NCBI GenBank assembly: GCA_963664825.1
Contig: OY761614.1
Location: 2,272,001 to 2,336,000 of the forward strand
Reading direction: 5' to 3'
DNA length: 64,000 nt
From: an uncultured Holophaga sp.
GTDB lineage: Bacteria > Acidobacteriota > Holophagae > Holophagales > Holophagaceae
Position 1 is the first letter of the stretch, and the number at the start of each line of letters is the position of its first letter. A program made the translations under genes and the position numbers. The notes beneath the pieces are model-generated. The model had not been told where the DNA came from, did not search any database, and saw only the letters and a program-made list of their open reading frames with translations. Positions 38,073-48,083 of this stretch are shown here, one piece after another.

Positions 38073-39211
38073 ACCGCATGATGATGAGCCTTCCCCTTGC
38101 TCTGGTGCTCCTGGCCGGGGTCGGCTGCTCGAAGAAATCCGCCGCCAATAGTGAAACCGAAAAGCACGAACCTGGGCATGAGGCCGGAGAAACGGAGGGG
38201 GACCGCATCCCGTTGGAAGGCATCCGGGGTCTGCGCCTGATGAAGGTGCCTGAGCCCCGCACAGAAAGTCGCTGGGTCCCGGGCGAAGCCATCGGGGACG
38301 AGGCGGCCCAGGCCCTGCTCAGCAGCCCCGTGAAGGGCATCATCAGCCAGATCCAAGTTGCCCCGGGGCAGGCCCGGACGGCGGGCGCGACCCTCGCGCT
38401 CATCCAGAGTCCTGAACTCGCCCATCTCAAGGCGCAGTGGATTGCCGCAAAGGCCAAGCTGAATCGCACTCAGGCGGACTTGGCCCGTGAAGAGCGGCTC
38501 TTCCAGGCGGGTGCTGGAGCTCGGCGTGATCTGGAATCGGTGCGCAGCGAAGCCGATACCGCGAAGGCCGAGGAGGAAGCCGCTCGCCTGGGGCTGGAGG
38601 CCGTGGGTCTCAAGCCCGGAAGCGCCGGGGCGAGCTTTGCCTTGAAGGCTCCGGCCAGCGGGTCGGTGGTGGCCTGGAAAGTTCAGCGAGGTCAGGGCGT
38701 GGAGGCCGGTCAGGAATTGGGGAGTTTTCAGGCGGCCCGAGCGAGGGTGGTGCGTCTCGAACTGTCCCAACCCGGTCCCATGGGATGGGACCCCGGCACC
38801 AAGAACGAGATTCGTCAGGCCAATGGCAGGACCTGGAAGGCCTGCCTGGAGGGCACTCCCTCCACCCTCACGACGGACACTCGGCGACTCAGTTATCGGC
38901 TCCGCTTGCTTGGAAGCTCCTTGCCCATCCCTGGGACCTCGGTGGAAGTGAAGGTGCCCCTGGAAAAGGGAGTCTACCTGCCGCAGGCCGCCCTCCAACA
39001 GGTGGAGGGACGTTGGGGCGTGTTCGTGGTTGAGCAGGAACACGCCTCCTTCCGACCCGTGAGGCGCGGAACCGAAGTGAAGGACGAAGTCTCGGTGCTG
39101 GGTGGATTGAAGCCCGGCGACACCGTGGTGGCTGAGGGGGCCTACCTCCTGAAAGCCTATCAGCAGAAGCGAACCCAGCCGGAAGGAGAGGAGGAAGGTC
39201 ATGGCCATTGA
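38069..39211 (+). CDS. Heavy-metal RND adaptor subunit (CzcB-like) lipoprotein
   Basis: Lipobox (GVGC), His-rich ends (KHEPGHE, EEGHGH), LKAPASGSVV, GLKPGDTVVAEGAYLLK. Confidence 0.85.
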   Translation: MNRMMMSLPLALVLLAGVGCSKKSAANSETEKHEPGHEAGETEGDRIPLEGIRGLRLMKVPEPRTESRWVPGEAIGDEAAQALLSSPVKGIISQIQVAPGQARTAGATLALIQSPELAHLKAQWIAAKAKLNRTQADLAREERLFQAGAGARRDLESVRSEADTAKAEEEAARLGLEAVGLKPGSAGASFALKAPASGSVVAWKVQRGQGVEAGQELGSFQAARARVVRLELSQPGPMGWDPGTKNEIRQANGRTWKACLEGTPSTLTTDTRRLSYRLRLLGSSLPIPGTSVEVKVPLEKGVYLPQAALQQVEGRWGVFVVEQEHASFRPVRRGTEVKDEVSVLGGLKPGDTVVAEGAYLLKAYQQKRTQPEGEEEGHGH

Positions 39212-42200
39212 TCCGAACCTTCCAAACGGGTCCGAAATTCCTGTCGGTCCCACGATGCCGCATGGGCCCTCCGCGGCCTACGTGCCCCAACACCGGACGC
39301 CAATCCGCCGCTGGTTCGACTGGTTGCTTCCTCGCAAGGGTTGGGTTTTCGCCATCAGCATCGCGTGGTGCCTTGCGGGGGTATTCACCTTCCTCAGCCT
39401 CAAGCGGGATCTCTTCCCGGACATGAGCCTGCCGATCCTCTCGGTCCTCATCCAGAGCCCGGGCCGAGCCACGCCGGAGCTGGAACTCTCCGTCGCCCAG
39501 CCCACGGAGCAGGCTCTTGGAGGCATGCCTGGCGTCAAGCGCGTGAACACGGTGGTGCTGCCGGAATTGGTGCAGGTGGTCGTCACGTTTGAAGGGGATA
39601 CCGACCCATGGCGGGCTCGGCAACTCGTGGCCGAGCGCCTTTCCGGAGTGGTTGGGAGCTTTCCTTCGGGCACTCGCCCCCCCCTCATGAGCAGTGCTTC
39701 CGGGCGTCTCCACGAACTGATGGAGATCGTCTTGGAAGGCGAGAAGGTGGATCCCATGAGGCTGCGGGATCACACCGACCAGGTGCTGGCACCCCGGCTC
39801 CAGGCCGTGCCGGGAGTCGCTCGCGTGGAGCGGTTGGGCGGCCAGGAGCGATCCCTTCAAATCACCCTCATTCCGGAAAAGGTGCGGAATCTCGGCGTCG
39901 GTCTCGACCGCGTGATGGCTGCCCTGGAACAGAGTCACCAGGACTTGGCGGTTGGTGTGCTGGAGATCCAGGACAAGGGGTGGTACATGTCCGTGGGCAA
40001 CCTGGCCGCAACCCCGGGAGAGGTTCGCCAGCTTCCCGTGCAGGCCGCCAAGGGCATCGTCACCCTCGGCGAAATCGCGGAAATTCGGGAGGCTCCCGCC
40101 TTTCGACGCGGCTTGGCCCGCCACAATGGTCACGAGGATGTCAGCCTTCGCATCGTGAAACAGCCCACCGCCGCCACCCTGGATGTGGCCGAAGGGGTTC
40201 GCGCTGCCGTTGCCGAACTCCAGAAGGGCCTTCCCGAAGGCATGCGCCTGGAGGTGATCTACGACCAGGGCCGCCTTGTCACGAGTGCCCTGGACGGAGT
40301 GACGCTGGCACTGTTGGTGGGCGGCATCTTCGTGGCGATCGTTCTGGTCGTCTTGCTCGGGAACCTTCGGGGGGCCGCACTGGTCTTGGTGGTGCTGCCG
40401 CTGGCGACCTTTGGAGCCGCGATCCCGTTGCATTTTGCGGGGCTCGGCCTCAATGCCATGACCCTCGGTGGCCTCGCCATCTCCGTGGGGCTCCTGGTGG
40501 ATGCCAGCGTGATCATGGTTGAGAATCTTGCTCACCGATTGCATGAACATCAGGAACACGTTGAACCACGGCGGGTGGCCCTCACCCGGGCCGCCGCCGA
40601 GGTGTCCACTCCCATCCTCATCGCGGTGCTGGTGATCCTGGCGGTCTTCATCCCTCTGCTCTCCATGGGGGGCATCGCGGGCAAGCTCTACGCCCCTCTG
40701 GCGATGGCCGTGGCATCAAGCATGACCATCAGCCTCATCCTCACCTTCACCCTCGTGCCTGCCCTGGTGGAGCGATTCCTGCCCCCGGGCACTTCCCTGG
40801 AGGAACCCCGTTTCGTCACGGCCCTCAAGCGGGTCTATCAGCCTGCCCTGGACTGGGCGCTGCACCACGGTCCCTTGGTGTGCGTGGTGGCCATGGCACT
40901 CACGATTCCAAGCATCTGGCTGGCCATGCGGCTTGGGACCAACTTCCTGCCCACCCTGGACGAGCGGGCCTTCATGCTCCTCTCCAAGGTGCCTGCGGAA
41001 AGCAGCCTGGAAGCGGTGGATCAGGCCAATATTCACCTGGATTCCCGGTTGAAGGCCATCCCCGGCGTGCAATCCGTCTATCGACGCAGCGGACGCGCCG
41101 ATGTGACCGAGGATCCCTGTCCCATCACGGACAGCGAGATCATGGTGATTCTCAATCCCGATGCGGATGAACGCGCCGTGGGGAAGAAAGTGCTGGAGGC
41201 CGCCGAGGTTATGCCCTTCCCCGTGGAAGTGAACACTCCCATGCAGGAGCGCATCGCCGAGGGCATTGGTGGCACGCCCGCGGATATCCAGGTGAAACTC
41301 TTCAACCGCAACCTGGAGGCTATTCGAGGGGTGTTGCCGGAGCTGCGGGAACACCTGTCGAAACTGGAAGGCGTGCGCAGTGTCACCACGGATACGCCCG
41401 ACCCCATGCCTCGTTGGCGAGCGATCCTCGACGAGGAGGCCCTCCGTCGCCTTGGGGTTCCGCGCACACTGGTCGCCAAGACCCTCCAGTCCGCGCTTCA
41501 GGGTCTGGAATCCGAGATCCGCTTCGATGGCCCCCAGCGCATCGAGCGGATCGTGCGCTTTCCCAACGATGGTCGCGTGAGTCCAGAGACCCTGAAGGAT
41601 ACGCCGCTGATCCTGGAGGATGGCCGAGCCTTGAGCCTGGGACAGGTGATTCGCTTCGTGGAGGCCTATACGCCGACGCTGGTGCGCCGCGAATCCGCCC
41701 AACGCCGCATCGGACTCAATATCCGCACCACAGGCGATCTTGGCAGAACCGCCAAGCGCATTGAAAAGGCCATGGAGGGGCTGAAGCTTCCCGAGGGCAC
41801 TTCCGTTCAACTGGGCGGAAAGATCGAGGAAGCACGCGAGACTCAGCGGCGCCTCGGCATCGCCATCGCGGCGGCCCTGTCGCTAGTGGTGGGGCTTCTC
41901 TACCTTGCACTCCAGCGTTGGAAGGAAGTCTTCGTCGTCGTCGCCACCTTGCCGGATGCCTTTGCCGGAGCCCTCTTCGCGCTGTGGCTGGCCGGAGAGA
42001 CCTGGAACATCAGTTCCATCGTGGGCATGATCGGGCTCTTTGGGGTGGCGGTGCAGAACAGTCTGGTGCTGATCACCCAGGCCAAGGACGCGATGAAGAA
42101 GGGGGTTCCTTTCGAGACCGCCCTTCGGGAAGCCAGTCTCGGTCGTGTGCGTCCCAAGCTCATGACCGCAGGGGCCGCCATCCTCGGCCTGATGCCCATG

Positions 42201-42365
42201 CTCTTCGGCTTTGGCGGCTCTGAACTGGAACGCCCCCTCGCCATCGCGATGGTGGGCGGGCTCATCACGAGCACGCTGTTCACGCTGCTCGCGCTGCCCA
42301 GCTTCTATGCCTGGGTCGCTAAGCCCAAAGGCGATGGATCCCCTCTTGAGGAGGGAAAGCAATAG
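39201..42365 (+). CDS. Heavy-metal RND permease (CzcA/CusA family)
   Basis: 1054 aa; DLFPDMS, NAMTLGGLAISVGLLVDASVIMVEN, FLPTLDE, RVRPKLMT, ERPLAIAMVGGL. Confidence 0.88.
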   Translation: MAIDPNLPNGSEIPVGPTMPHGPSAAYVPQHRTPIRRWFDWLLPRKGWVFAISIAWCLAGVFTFLSLKRDLFPDMSLPILSVLIQSPGRATPELELSVAQPTEQALGGMPGVKRVNTVVLPELVQVVVTFEGDTDPWRARQLVAERLSGVVGSFPSGTRPPLMSSASGRLHELMEIVLEGEKVDPMRLRDHTDQVLAPRLQAVPGVARVERLGGQERSLQITLIPEKVRNLGVGLDRVMAALEQSHQDLAVGVLEIQDKGWYMSVGNLAATPGEVRQLPVQAAKGIVTLGEIAEIREAPAFRRGLARHNGHEDVSLRIVKQPTAATLDVAEGVRAAVAELQKGLPEGMRLEVIYDQGRLVTSALDGVTLALLVGGIFVAIVLVVLLGNLRGAALVLVVLPLATFGAAIPLHFAGLGLNAMTLGGLAISVGLLVDASVIMVENLAHRLHEHQEHVEPRRVALTRAAAEVSTPILIAVLVILAVFIPLLSMGGIAGKLYAPLAMAVASSMTISLILTFTLVPALVERFLPPGTSLEEPRFVTALKRVYQPALDWALHHGPLVCVVAMALTIPSIWLAMRLGTNFLPTLDERAFMLLSKVPAESSLEAVDQANIHLDSRLKAIPGVQSVYRRSGRADVTEDPCPITDSEIMVILNPDADERAVGKKVLEAAEVMPFPVEVNTPMQERIAEGIGGTPADIQVKLFNRNLEAIRGVLPELREHLSKLEGVRSVTTDTPDPMPRWRAILDEEALRRLGVPRTLVAKTLQSALQGLESEIRFDGPQRIERIVRFPNDGRVSPETLKDTPLILEDGRALSLGQVIRFVEAYTPTLVRRESAQRRIGLNIRTTGDLGRTAKRIEKAMEGLKLPEGTSVQLGGKIEEARETQRRLGIAIAAALSLVVGLLYLALQRWKEVFVVVATLPDAFAGALFALWLAGETWNISSIVGMIGLFGVAVQNSLVLITQAKDAMKKGVPFETALREASLGRVRPKLMTAGAAILGLMPMLFGFGGSELERPLAIAMVGGLITSTLFTLLALPSFYAWVAKPKGDGSPLEEGKQ

Positions 42366-42472
42366 CCTCCACGCACTCCCGTGATAGGGGAATGCTGTTC
42401 CGTGAACGCTGAGCGGCATTCCCCGATGTACAGCCAGAGATGGCGGATGCGATTTCTGGTTCAGCTTTTCCC

Positions 42473-43027
42473 TTAGGCCCCAGCTGCTCTGTCCCGGTAC
42501 CCGCGCCAGGCCAGCCAGGAACAGCATAGGAAGATCCCCAACCAGGCCAGATGGCGCATGGTGGCGGCGTAGGCCAGGTCCTTGGCCAGCACGCCCCAGG
42601 CTCCGAAGAGGGCCGCCCAATCGTGCTCGCCGCCGCCGGCCAGGGGCAGCACCTGCTCCCGGGCATCGGCCATGTAGCGGGCGATATTGAAGCCGTTCTG
42701 GAAGAACCACACGCCCGAGAGGGCCGCGCCCAGGGGCTGGCGCTTGTACCAGCAGGAGCCCGCCACCAGGGCGGGGACCAGGAGCTGCATGAGGGTGCCG
42801 CCCAGGATATGCAGGGTTTCCCCGAAGGGGCTGAAGAGCGGATGGCCCGCCTCATGGAAGACCAGATTGAGGCTATCGAGCACCGGGATCCAACCGTCGG
42901 CGCTCCTCAGGTAGATCAGGAGTGCCAGGGCCACGGCGCCCAGCGCCGTGAACAGGCCGGGCAGGGTCACCTTCTCCCAGGGGCTTTCCCAAACTTCCCG
43001 GAGATGCTCGAGTCCGTCGGTGATCAT
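42473..43027 (-). CDS. Membrane protein with HExxH motif (peptidase M50B-like)
   Basis: NLVFHEAGH, GGTLMQLLVP, YMADAR...GGEHDW; several TMs; start uncertain. Confidence 0.7.
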   Translation of the reverse strand: MITDGLEHLREVWESPWEKVTLPGLFTALGAVALALLIYLRSADGWIPVLDSLNLVFHEAGHPLFSPFGETLHILGGTLMQLLVPALVAGSCWYKRQPLGAALSGVWFFQNGFNIARYMADAREQVLPLAGGGEHDWAALFGAWGVLAKDLAYAATMRHLAWLGIFLCCSWLAWRGYRDRAAGA

Positions 43028-43088
43028 CGGGATCCATCTCACCATGAATGGGGAAACCCTGCTCGCAGAACCGCTATCCTGAGCAGGC

Positions 43089-44015
43089 ATGAGCTTCGGA
43101 CCCTTCCATTCCCGACGGACTCCCGCCCCTTGGCGGATACCCCTCCTATTGTTCATTCTCCTGGTGGCCGTGGCCTTTCAGCATTGGTACGGGAGCCTCC
43201 CGTTCCGGCCCCTGACCTACCGGATCGGAACGGTGGATCCGCGTTTCGGGATGAGCCGGGAGGCCTTCTCGGAGGCCGTAGGCCAGGCGGTTTCCCTCTG
43301 GAGGCGGGCGGTGCCCCGGGAACTCTTCCGGGAGGCCCCTGAGGGCATCCTGGAGATCAATCTGGTCTACGACTACCGCCAGGAAGCTGCGGAGCGCCTG
43401 AAGGCCCTGAGCTTGAGGCTCGATGACACCCAGGGCAGCTTCGAGAGCCTGAAGGTCCGCTTCCAGGCCCTCAAGGAGGAATCGGACCAGAAGGGGGCCG
43501 CCCTGGCCCAGGGCTTCAGCGCCTACAACGCCCGGGTCAGCGCCTTCAATGCCCAGAGCGAGGCCGCGCGGCGCAACCCCGTCAGCGAGGGGGCCTTCCG
43601 GCGCCTGGAGGCCGAGCGCCTTGAGCTCGCCGAGGCGAAGGCGCAGCTGGGGCTCCGCCAGGAGGAACTGAAGGCACTCTCCCAGGACCTCAATAGCCTG
43701 GTGGTGGTCCTCAATGAATTCGCCGCGAACCATAATCTGGATCTGGTGGACTATCGCCGGACCGGAGATAGCCTGGGGCCGGAGTTCTCTGAGGGGGAAT
43801 ACGTCCAGACCGGTGGGCGCCGCACCATCACCATCTACCACTTCCCCGGCCCGGATGGATTGGTGCGGGTGCTGGCCCATGAATTGGGGCATGCCAAGGG
43901 CCTGGGGCACCTGGAAAATCCCCAGGCCGTCATGCACCGGCTCCTGCGGACCCAATCCCTGGAACTGACCCCCGAGGATATCCAGGCCATGCGTGTGAAG
44001 GCCGGTGTGCGCTAG
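43089..44015 (+). CDS. Matrixin-family (M10) zinc metalloprotease with coiled-coil insert
   Basis: N-terminal TM, YRIGTVDPRFG, long coiled coil, HELGHAKGLGH and AVM Met-turn. Confidence 0.85.
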   Translation: MSFGPFHSRRTPAPWRIPLLLFILLVAVAFQHWYGSLPFRPLTYRIGTVDPRFGMSREAFSEAVGQAVSLWRRAVPRELFREAPEGILEINLVYDYRQEAAERLKALSLRLDDTQGSFESLKVRFQALKEESDQKGAALAQGFSAYNARVSAFNAQSEAARRNPVSEGAFRRLEAERLELAEAKAQLGLRQEELKALSQDLNSLVVVLNEFAANHNLDLVDYRRTGDSLGPEFSEGEYVQTGGRRTITIYHFPGPDGLVRVLAHELGHAKGLGHLENPQAVMHRLLRTQSLELTPEDIQAMRVKAGVR

Positions 44016-45143
44016 CTAGAGGCCCGGGATCTCCAGCACGAATACGCTGCCCTTGGGCTGGTTGTCTTCCACCCAGATGCGCCCCTGGTGGGCCTCGGCC
44101 ACCAACTGACAGAAGGTGAGGCCCAGGCCTGAGCTGGAGCGAGTCTGGGCTTCCTCGTCCAGGCGCACGAATTTGCCGAAGACCATCTCCCGCAGGTGCT
44201 CTGGGATGCCTCGGCCCTCGTCCCGCACCTCCAGGCGCACGCTATTTTCCGCGGCTCGGGCTTCGATATGCGTGTGGCTGCCCAGGGGGGAATACTTCAG
44301 GGCGTTGTCGACGAGGTTCAAGAGGAGGCGGCGCAGGAAATCGGGATCGGCTTCCACCTCCAGGTCCGGGGGGCAGTGCCAGGCCAGGGCATGACCCCGG
44401 CGATGGGCCTGGGTCTCCACTTCCTGGAGCAGATGGGGGATCCAGGTGCCCAGGCTGATGCGGGTCTTGTGAAGTTCCAGCCCCATCTGTTCGGCGCGCC
44501 CGATATCCAGGATGTTCTGGATCATCCGGCCCATGTAGTGGGCCGTCTCCCGGAGGCGGAGCAGCTGGTTCTGGGTGGAGGGGACGTTGCCGCTCTGGTC
44601 GCTCAGGAGCTCCAGGCCCAGCTGGATGGTCGACAGGGGGTTCTTCAGATCGTGCACGATGAATTCGAAGAGATGTTCCCGCTGCTTCTGGAGATCAATG
44701 AGGGTATCCCGCTCGGCCTGGATTTCCGACTGAAGGCGTTTGAGGCGCATGAGGCTGCGGATTCGGACGATGAGTTCGGCGGCCAGGACCGGTTTCCGGA
44801 GGAAGTCATCCCCCTTGGCCCGGAAGGCATCGGCGTGGATCTCCGGCCGTTCGTCGGCCGTGAGGAAGATGATGGGCAGCAGGTCGCCGCCGGGCAGGGC
44901 CCGAATGCGGCGGCAGGTTTCCAGGCCATCCATCCCGGGCATGAGGATATCCAGCAGCACCAGATCGGGCTGATAGGTGTACAGAAGCTGGAGGGCTTCC
45001 TCTCCGCTGGAGGCCGCTTCCATCTGGTAGTGACCGCGCTCCAGCATGGCGCGGAGGCTCCTGCGTGCCATGGCGTCGTCATCGACCACCAGGATGCGGG
45101 CTCCGTGGTCGGCTCGGCGAATCAAGATTGGTTCACTATCCAT
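44016..45143 (-). CDS. Hybrid response regulator / histidine kinase
   Basis: REC (ILVVDDD, LDILMPGMDG), H-box HDLKNPL, N-box NLVDNALKY, DEGRG, GLGL. Confidence 0.92.
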   Translation of the reverse strand: MDSEPILIRRADHGARILVVDDDAMARRSLRAMLERGHYQMEAASSGEEALQLLYTYQPDLVLLDILMPGMDGLETCRRIRALPGGDLLPIIFLTADERPEIHADAFRAKGDDFLRKPVLAAELIVRIRSLMRLKRLQSEIQAERDTLIDLQKQREHLFEFIVHDLKNPLSTIQLGLELLSDQSGNVPSTQNQLLRLRETAHYMGRMIQNILDIGRAEQMGLELHKTRISLGTWIPHLLQEVETQAHRRGHALAWHCPPDLEVEADPDFLRRLLLNLVDNALKYSPLGSHTHIEARAAENSVRLEVRDEGRGIPEHLREMVFGKFVRLDEEAQTRSSSGLGLTFCQLVAEAHQGRIWVEDNQPKGSVFVLEIPGL

Positions 45144-45273
45144 TTCGGCCCATGGTGAAAACTCTCCAAAGCCTCCCCGAGGCGCTCCTATTTTGCAAGG
45201 ATGTCAGAGGAAAAGAATTCCTTGATGATCGCGGAGGGATCGCTCGGAGTCCAGGTACCAGTTCTCCCCAGCA

Positions 45274-45939
45274 TCACCTGTGCTGTCGGTGGCGCTCCAC
45301 GATCCAGGCCACGACCTCATCGAGGGTCATGGCGCTGGAATCCAGCTCCACGGCGCTCTCGGCCCTTCGCAGGGGGGCCACGGCGCGGGTGGAATCGGCA
45401 TGATCCCGCTGCTGCTGATCGGCCAAGATCTCCTCCAGGGTCAGGGGCGAACCCTTGGATTGCAGCTCCAGGAAGCGCCGCTGGGCCCGGGTCTCGGCGC
45501 TGGCGGTGAGAAATATCTTGCAGCAGGCCTGGGGAAAGACCACGGTGCCGATATCCCGGCCATCCACCACCCAGCTTCCGCTGGCGCCGATGGCCCGCTG
45601 TTGATCCACCAGGACCTCGCGCACCCGGGCGTTGGCGCTCACGGGCGTCACGAGCTTGGTCACCTCCGGAGTGCGGATGGCCTCGCTCACGTCTTCTCCA
45701 TTGAGCAGCTCGCGGGCGCCCAGCTGCTGGATGTGGAGGGCGCCCAGCACGCGTTCCAGGCCCTTGGAATCCGAGGGCTTCACCTGGGCCCGGTGCAGCG
45801 CCAGGGCCGTGGCCCGGTACATCGCCCCCGTATCCAGGTAGGACCAGCCCAGCTCCTGGGCCACCCGCCGGGCAGCTGTGGATTTCCCGACGCCACTGGG
45901 GCCGTCGAGGGCGATGAGGGAGAGCGGAGCAGGCGTCAT
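45274..45939 (-). CDS. cmk: Cytidylate kinase
   Basis: IALDGPSGVGKST, YLDTGAMYRA, DGRDIGTVVFP, RDHADSTRAVAPL. Confidence 0.96.
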   Translation of the reverse strand: MTPAPLSLIALDGPSGVGKSTAARRVAQELGWSYLDTGAMYRATALALHRAQVKPSDSKGLERVLGALHIQQLGARELLNGEDVSEAIRTPEVTKLVTPVSANARVREVLVDQQRAIGASGSWVVDGRDIGTVVFPQACCKIFLTASAETRAQRRFLELQSKGSPLTLEEILADQQQRDHADSTRAVAPLRRAESAVELDSSAMTLDEVVAWIVERHRQHR

Positions 45940-46178
45940 GGTGGGTCCAGTCTAAGGCGAAGGCTTGAGCATCCGGGTGGGAGAGCCTGGAGAGAAGCGA
46001 GGGGGTCAGCCGCGATTGGGCGGTCCCGAGAACTTCGGGGCTCCTCTCAAATGTACAACGATTCAGGCCGAAGATGGCCCAGGCATTAGGTTTCCTGATC
46101 TGGAGCGGGACCCCTGACGCGGATGTTTTTTCCGAGAAAGCCATGCGGGAAGGGCTATCCTGGCGGGAGGAGATGCCC

Positions 46179-47360
46179 ATGCTCATCGAGGAAAAGATCC
46201 GCCAGGCTGGCGCGCTGCTGAAGGAATTCCACCTGGATTGCTGGATCACCTTCACCCGGGAGACGGAGATCAATGGAGACCCCGTGCTGGCCTTCCTCAG
46301 CCCCGGGGATCTCACCTGGCATTCCAGCTTCATCATCACGGCCGACGGCCGCTCCCGGGCCATCGTGGGGCGCTACGATCGCGCCGCCATCGAAGAAATG
46401 GGCGTCTACGACGAGGTCTACGATTTCGTCACGGGCTTCAAGGAACCCTTCCAGCAGGTGATGAAGGCTCTCGCGCCCAGGACCATCGGCGTGAACTTCT
46501 CCGAGGGCAGCGAGATCTGCGATGGCCTCACCCACGGGATGTATCTCACCCTCCAGAAGACCCTCGGGGAGATCGGCTTGGGGGACCGCCTGGTCTCGGC
46601 CGAACCCGTGGTCTCGGCCCTGCGGGAGCGCAAATCGCCGGGGGAACTGGCCTCCATCCGCCAAGCCATCCGGGAGGCCCAGGAGATCTTCGCCCTGGTC
46701 CAGGGCTTCATCACCGTGGGGCGCAGCGAGAAGGAGATCGGCGCATTCATGAGGGCCGAGGTGCGCCGCCGGGGCCTGGGCTTTGCCTGGGGCGAGGATC
46801 ATTGCCCTTCCGTCTTCACCGGCCCGGATACGGCGGAGGCCCATTACGGCCCCACGGACCGCCGGGTGGAGCCCGGACACCTCGTCACCATGGACTTCGG
46901 TGTGAAGGTCGACGGCTACTGCTCGGATCTCCAGCGCACCTACTATGTGGCGCGCCCCGGCGAGACGGCCGCCCCGGAGGCCGTCCAGCGCGGTTTCCGG
47001 GTGTTGCGCCAGGCCGTGGAAGCCGCCAAGGCCGCCGTGAAGGCCGGTGGGCGCGGTCTGGATGTGGACGCCGCCGCCCGCAGGACGATTGTCGAGGCTG
47101 GCTATGAAGACTTTCCCTTCGGACTGGGCCATCAGGTGGGGCGCTTTCCCCACGATGGCACGGCCCTCTTCGGCCCTGCCTGGGAGAAATACGCGCAAAA
47201 GCCCTTCCGCCCCCTGGAACCCGGCATGGTCTTCACCCTGGAACCTCGCCTCACCGTGCCCGGCCACGGCATCGTCTCCCTGGAGGAGATGATCGTCGTC
47301 ACCGCCCAGGGCGCCGATTGGCTGAGCACGCCTCAGACCGAACTGCCCGTGCTGAACTGA
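46179..47360 (+). CDS. Xaa-Pro aminopeptidase family (M24) metallopeptidase
   Basis: GGAGGAG RBS; MDFGVKVDGYCSDLQRT, GLGHQVG...HD, VFTLEP, SLEE. Confidence 0.9.
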   Translation: MLIEEKIRQAGALLKEFHLDCWITFTRETEINGDPVLAFLSPGDLTWHSSFIITADGRSRAIVGRYDRAAIEEMGVYDEVYDFVTGFKEPFQQVMKALAPRTIGVNFSEGSEICDGLTHGMYLTLQKTLGEIGLGDRLVSAEPVVSALRERKSPGELASIRQAIREAQEIFALVQGFITVGRSEKEIGAFMRAEVRRRGLGFAWGEDHCPSVFTGPDTAEAHYGPTDRRVEPGHLVTMDFGVKVDGYCSDLQRTYYVARPGETAAPEAVQRGFRVLRQAVEAAKAAVKAGGRGLDVDAAARRTIVEAGYEDFPFGLGHQVGRFPHDGTALFGPAWEKYAQKPFRPLEPGMVFTLEPRLTVPGHGIVSLEEMIVVTAQGADWLSTPQTELPVLN

Positions 47361-47748
47361 GGCGCTGGGCCGCCCTTTCCACCGTGCTCCTGAGGATGCC
47401 ACGGTGGAAGGGCTGGACCGGGAGGAAGTAGAGACGCCCCCAGCGGTTATGGAAGAGCACCAACTTCTCTCCCGGCGCATAGCGGAATTCGGGTGCGAGC
47501 GTCTTGGCTGGGTCCGGCATGGCTCCGCCGAGGCCAAACACGCTCACCAAGCGGTTCCGCAGCTTCAGGAGCAGGAGCGCCCAGGGTGGACTCGTCGTGA
47601 AGATCGTCTGGGCCAGCTGATCGAGGGTGTATTCGCCCTCAGGCTGGAACTCCACACGGAAGCAATCCACGTAGCCCGGCGAACGCGGCAGGCCCTTCAG
47701 GATGATTGAATCCTTCGGTACCGCGTGCTGCATGGATACGTGAACCAT
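47299..47748 (-). pseudogene. DUF2867-like protein, apparently with an internal in-frame deletion
   Basis: GGAGG RBS; YVDCF, PPWALLLLKLRNRLVSVFGL and VLFHNRWGRLYFLPVQPFH are present, but the central segment I expect for the family is absent; runs 62 nt into the convergent peptidase gene. Confidence 0.55.
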
Positions 47749-47855
47749 GTGTCGCCTCCGTGCTCTGCAAGGCTCCCATGGCTGCACCCCTTGGGGTGGG
47801 GTTGCGACAGGATGGGGTCGAGCTGGATGCGCGAGGTTGCGCAGCCAGAGAGGCG

Positions 47856-48074
47856 ATCAGCGTGCATCTGCGTTCATCATTGTTCAAAAAAATTCAACTC
47901 TGATGCACGCCGATGAACGCCGATAGAAGCCCTGAGACTGAGCTCTCGGCACCTCCTGTTGGGGGCGGTTGTCCCGTTCCTACACCGTGATGACCACGAT
48001 CTCCGGATCCACTTCGGCCTTGAGGATGCCCTCGATGGCCACCAGTGTTCCCGTGAGGCCTGCGGGGCAGGTGG
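47856..48074. repeat. Direct repeat copy A: duplicated nfu 3' end plus downstream inverted-repeat element
   Basis: Matches 49368-49577 with few differences; contains about 30 final codons and the TAG stop of nfu. Confidence 0.92.
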
Positions 48075-48083
48075 GCCAAGATG

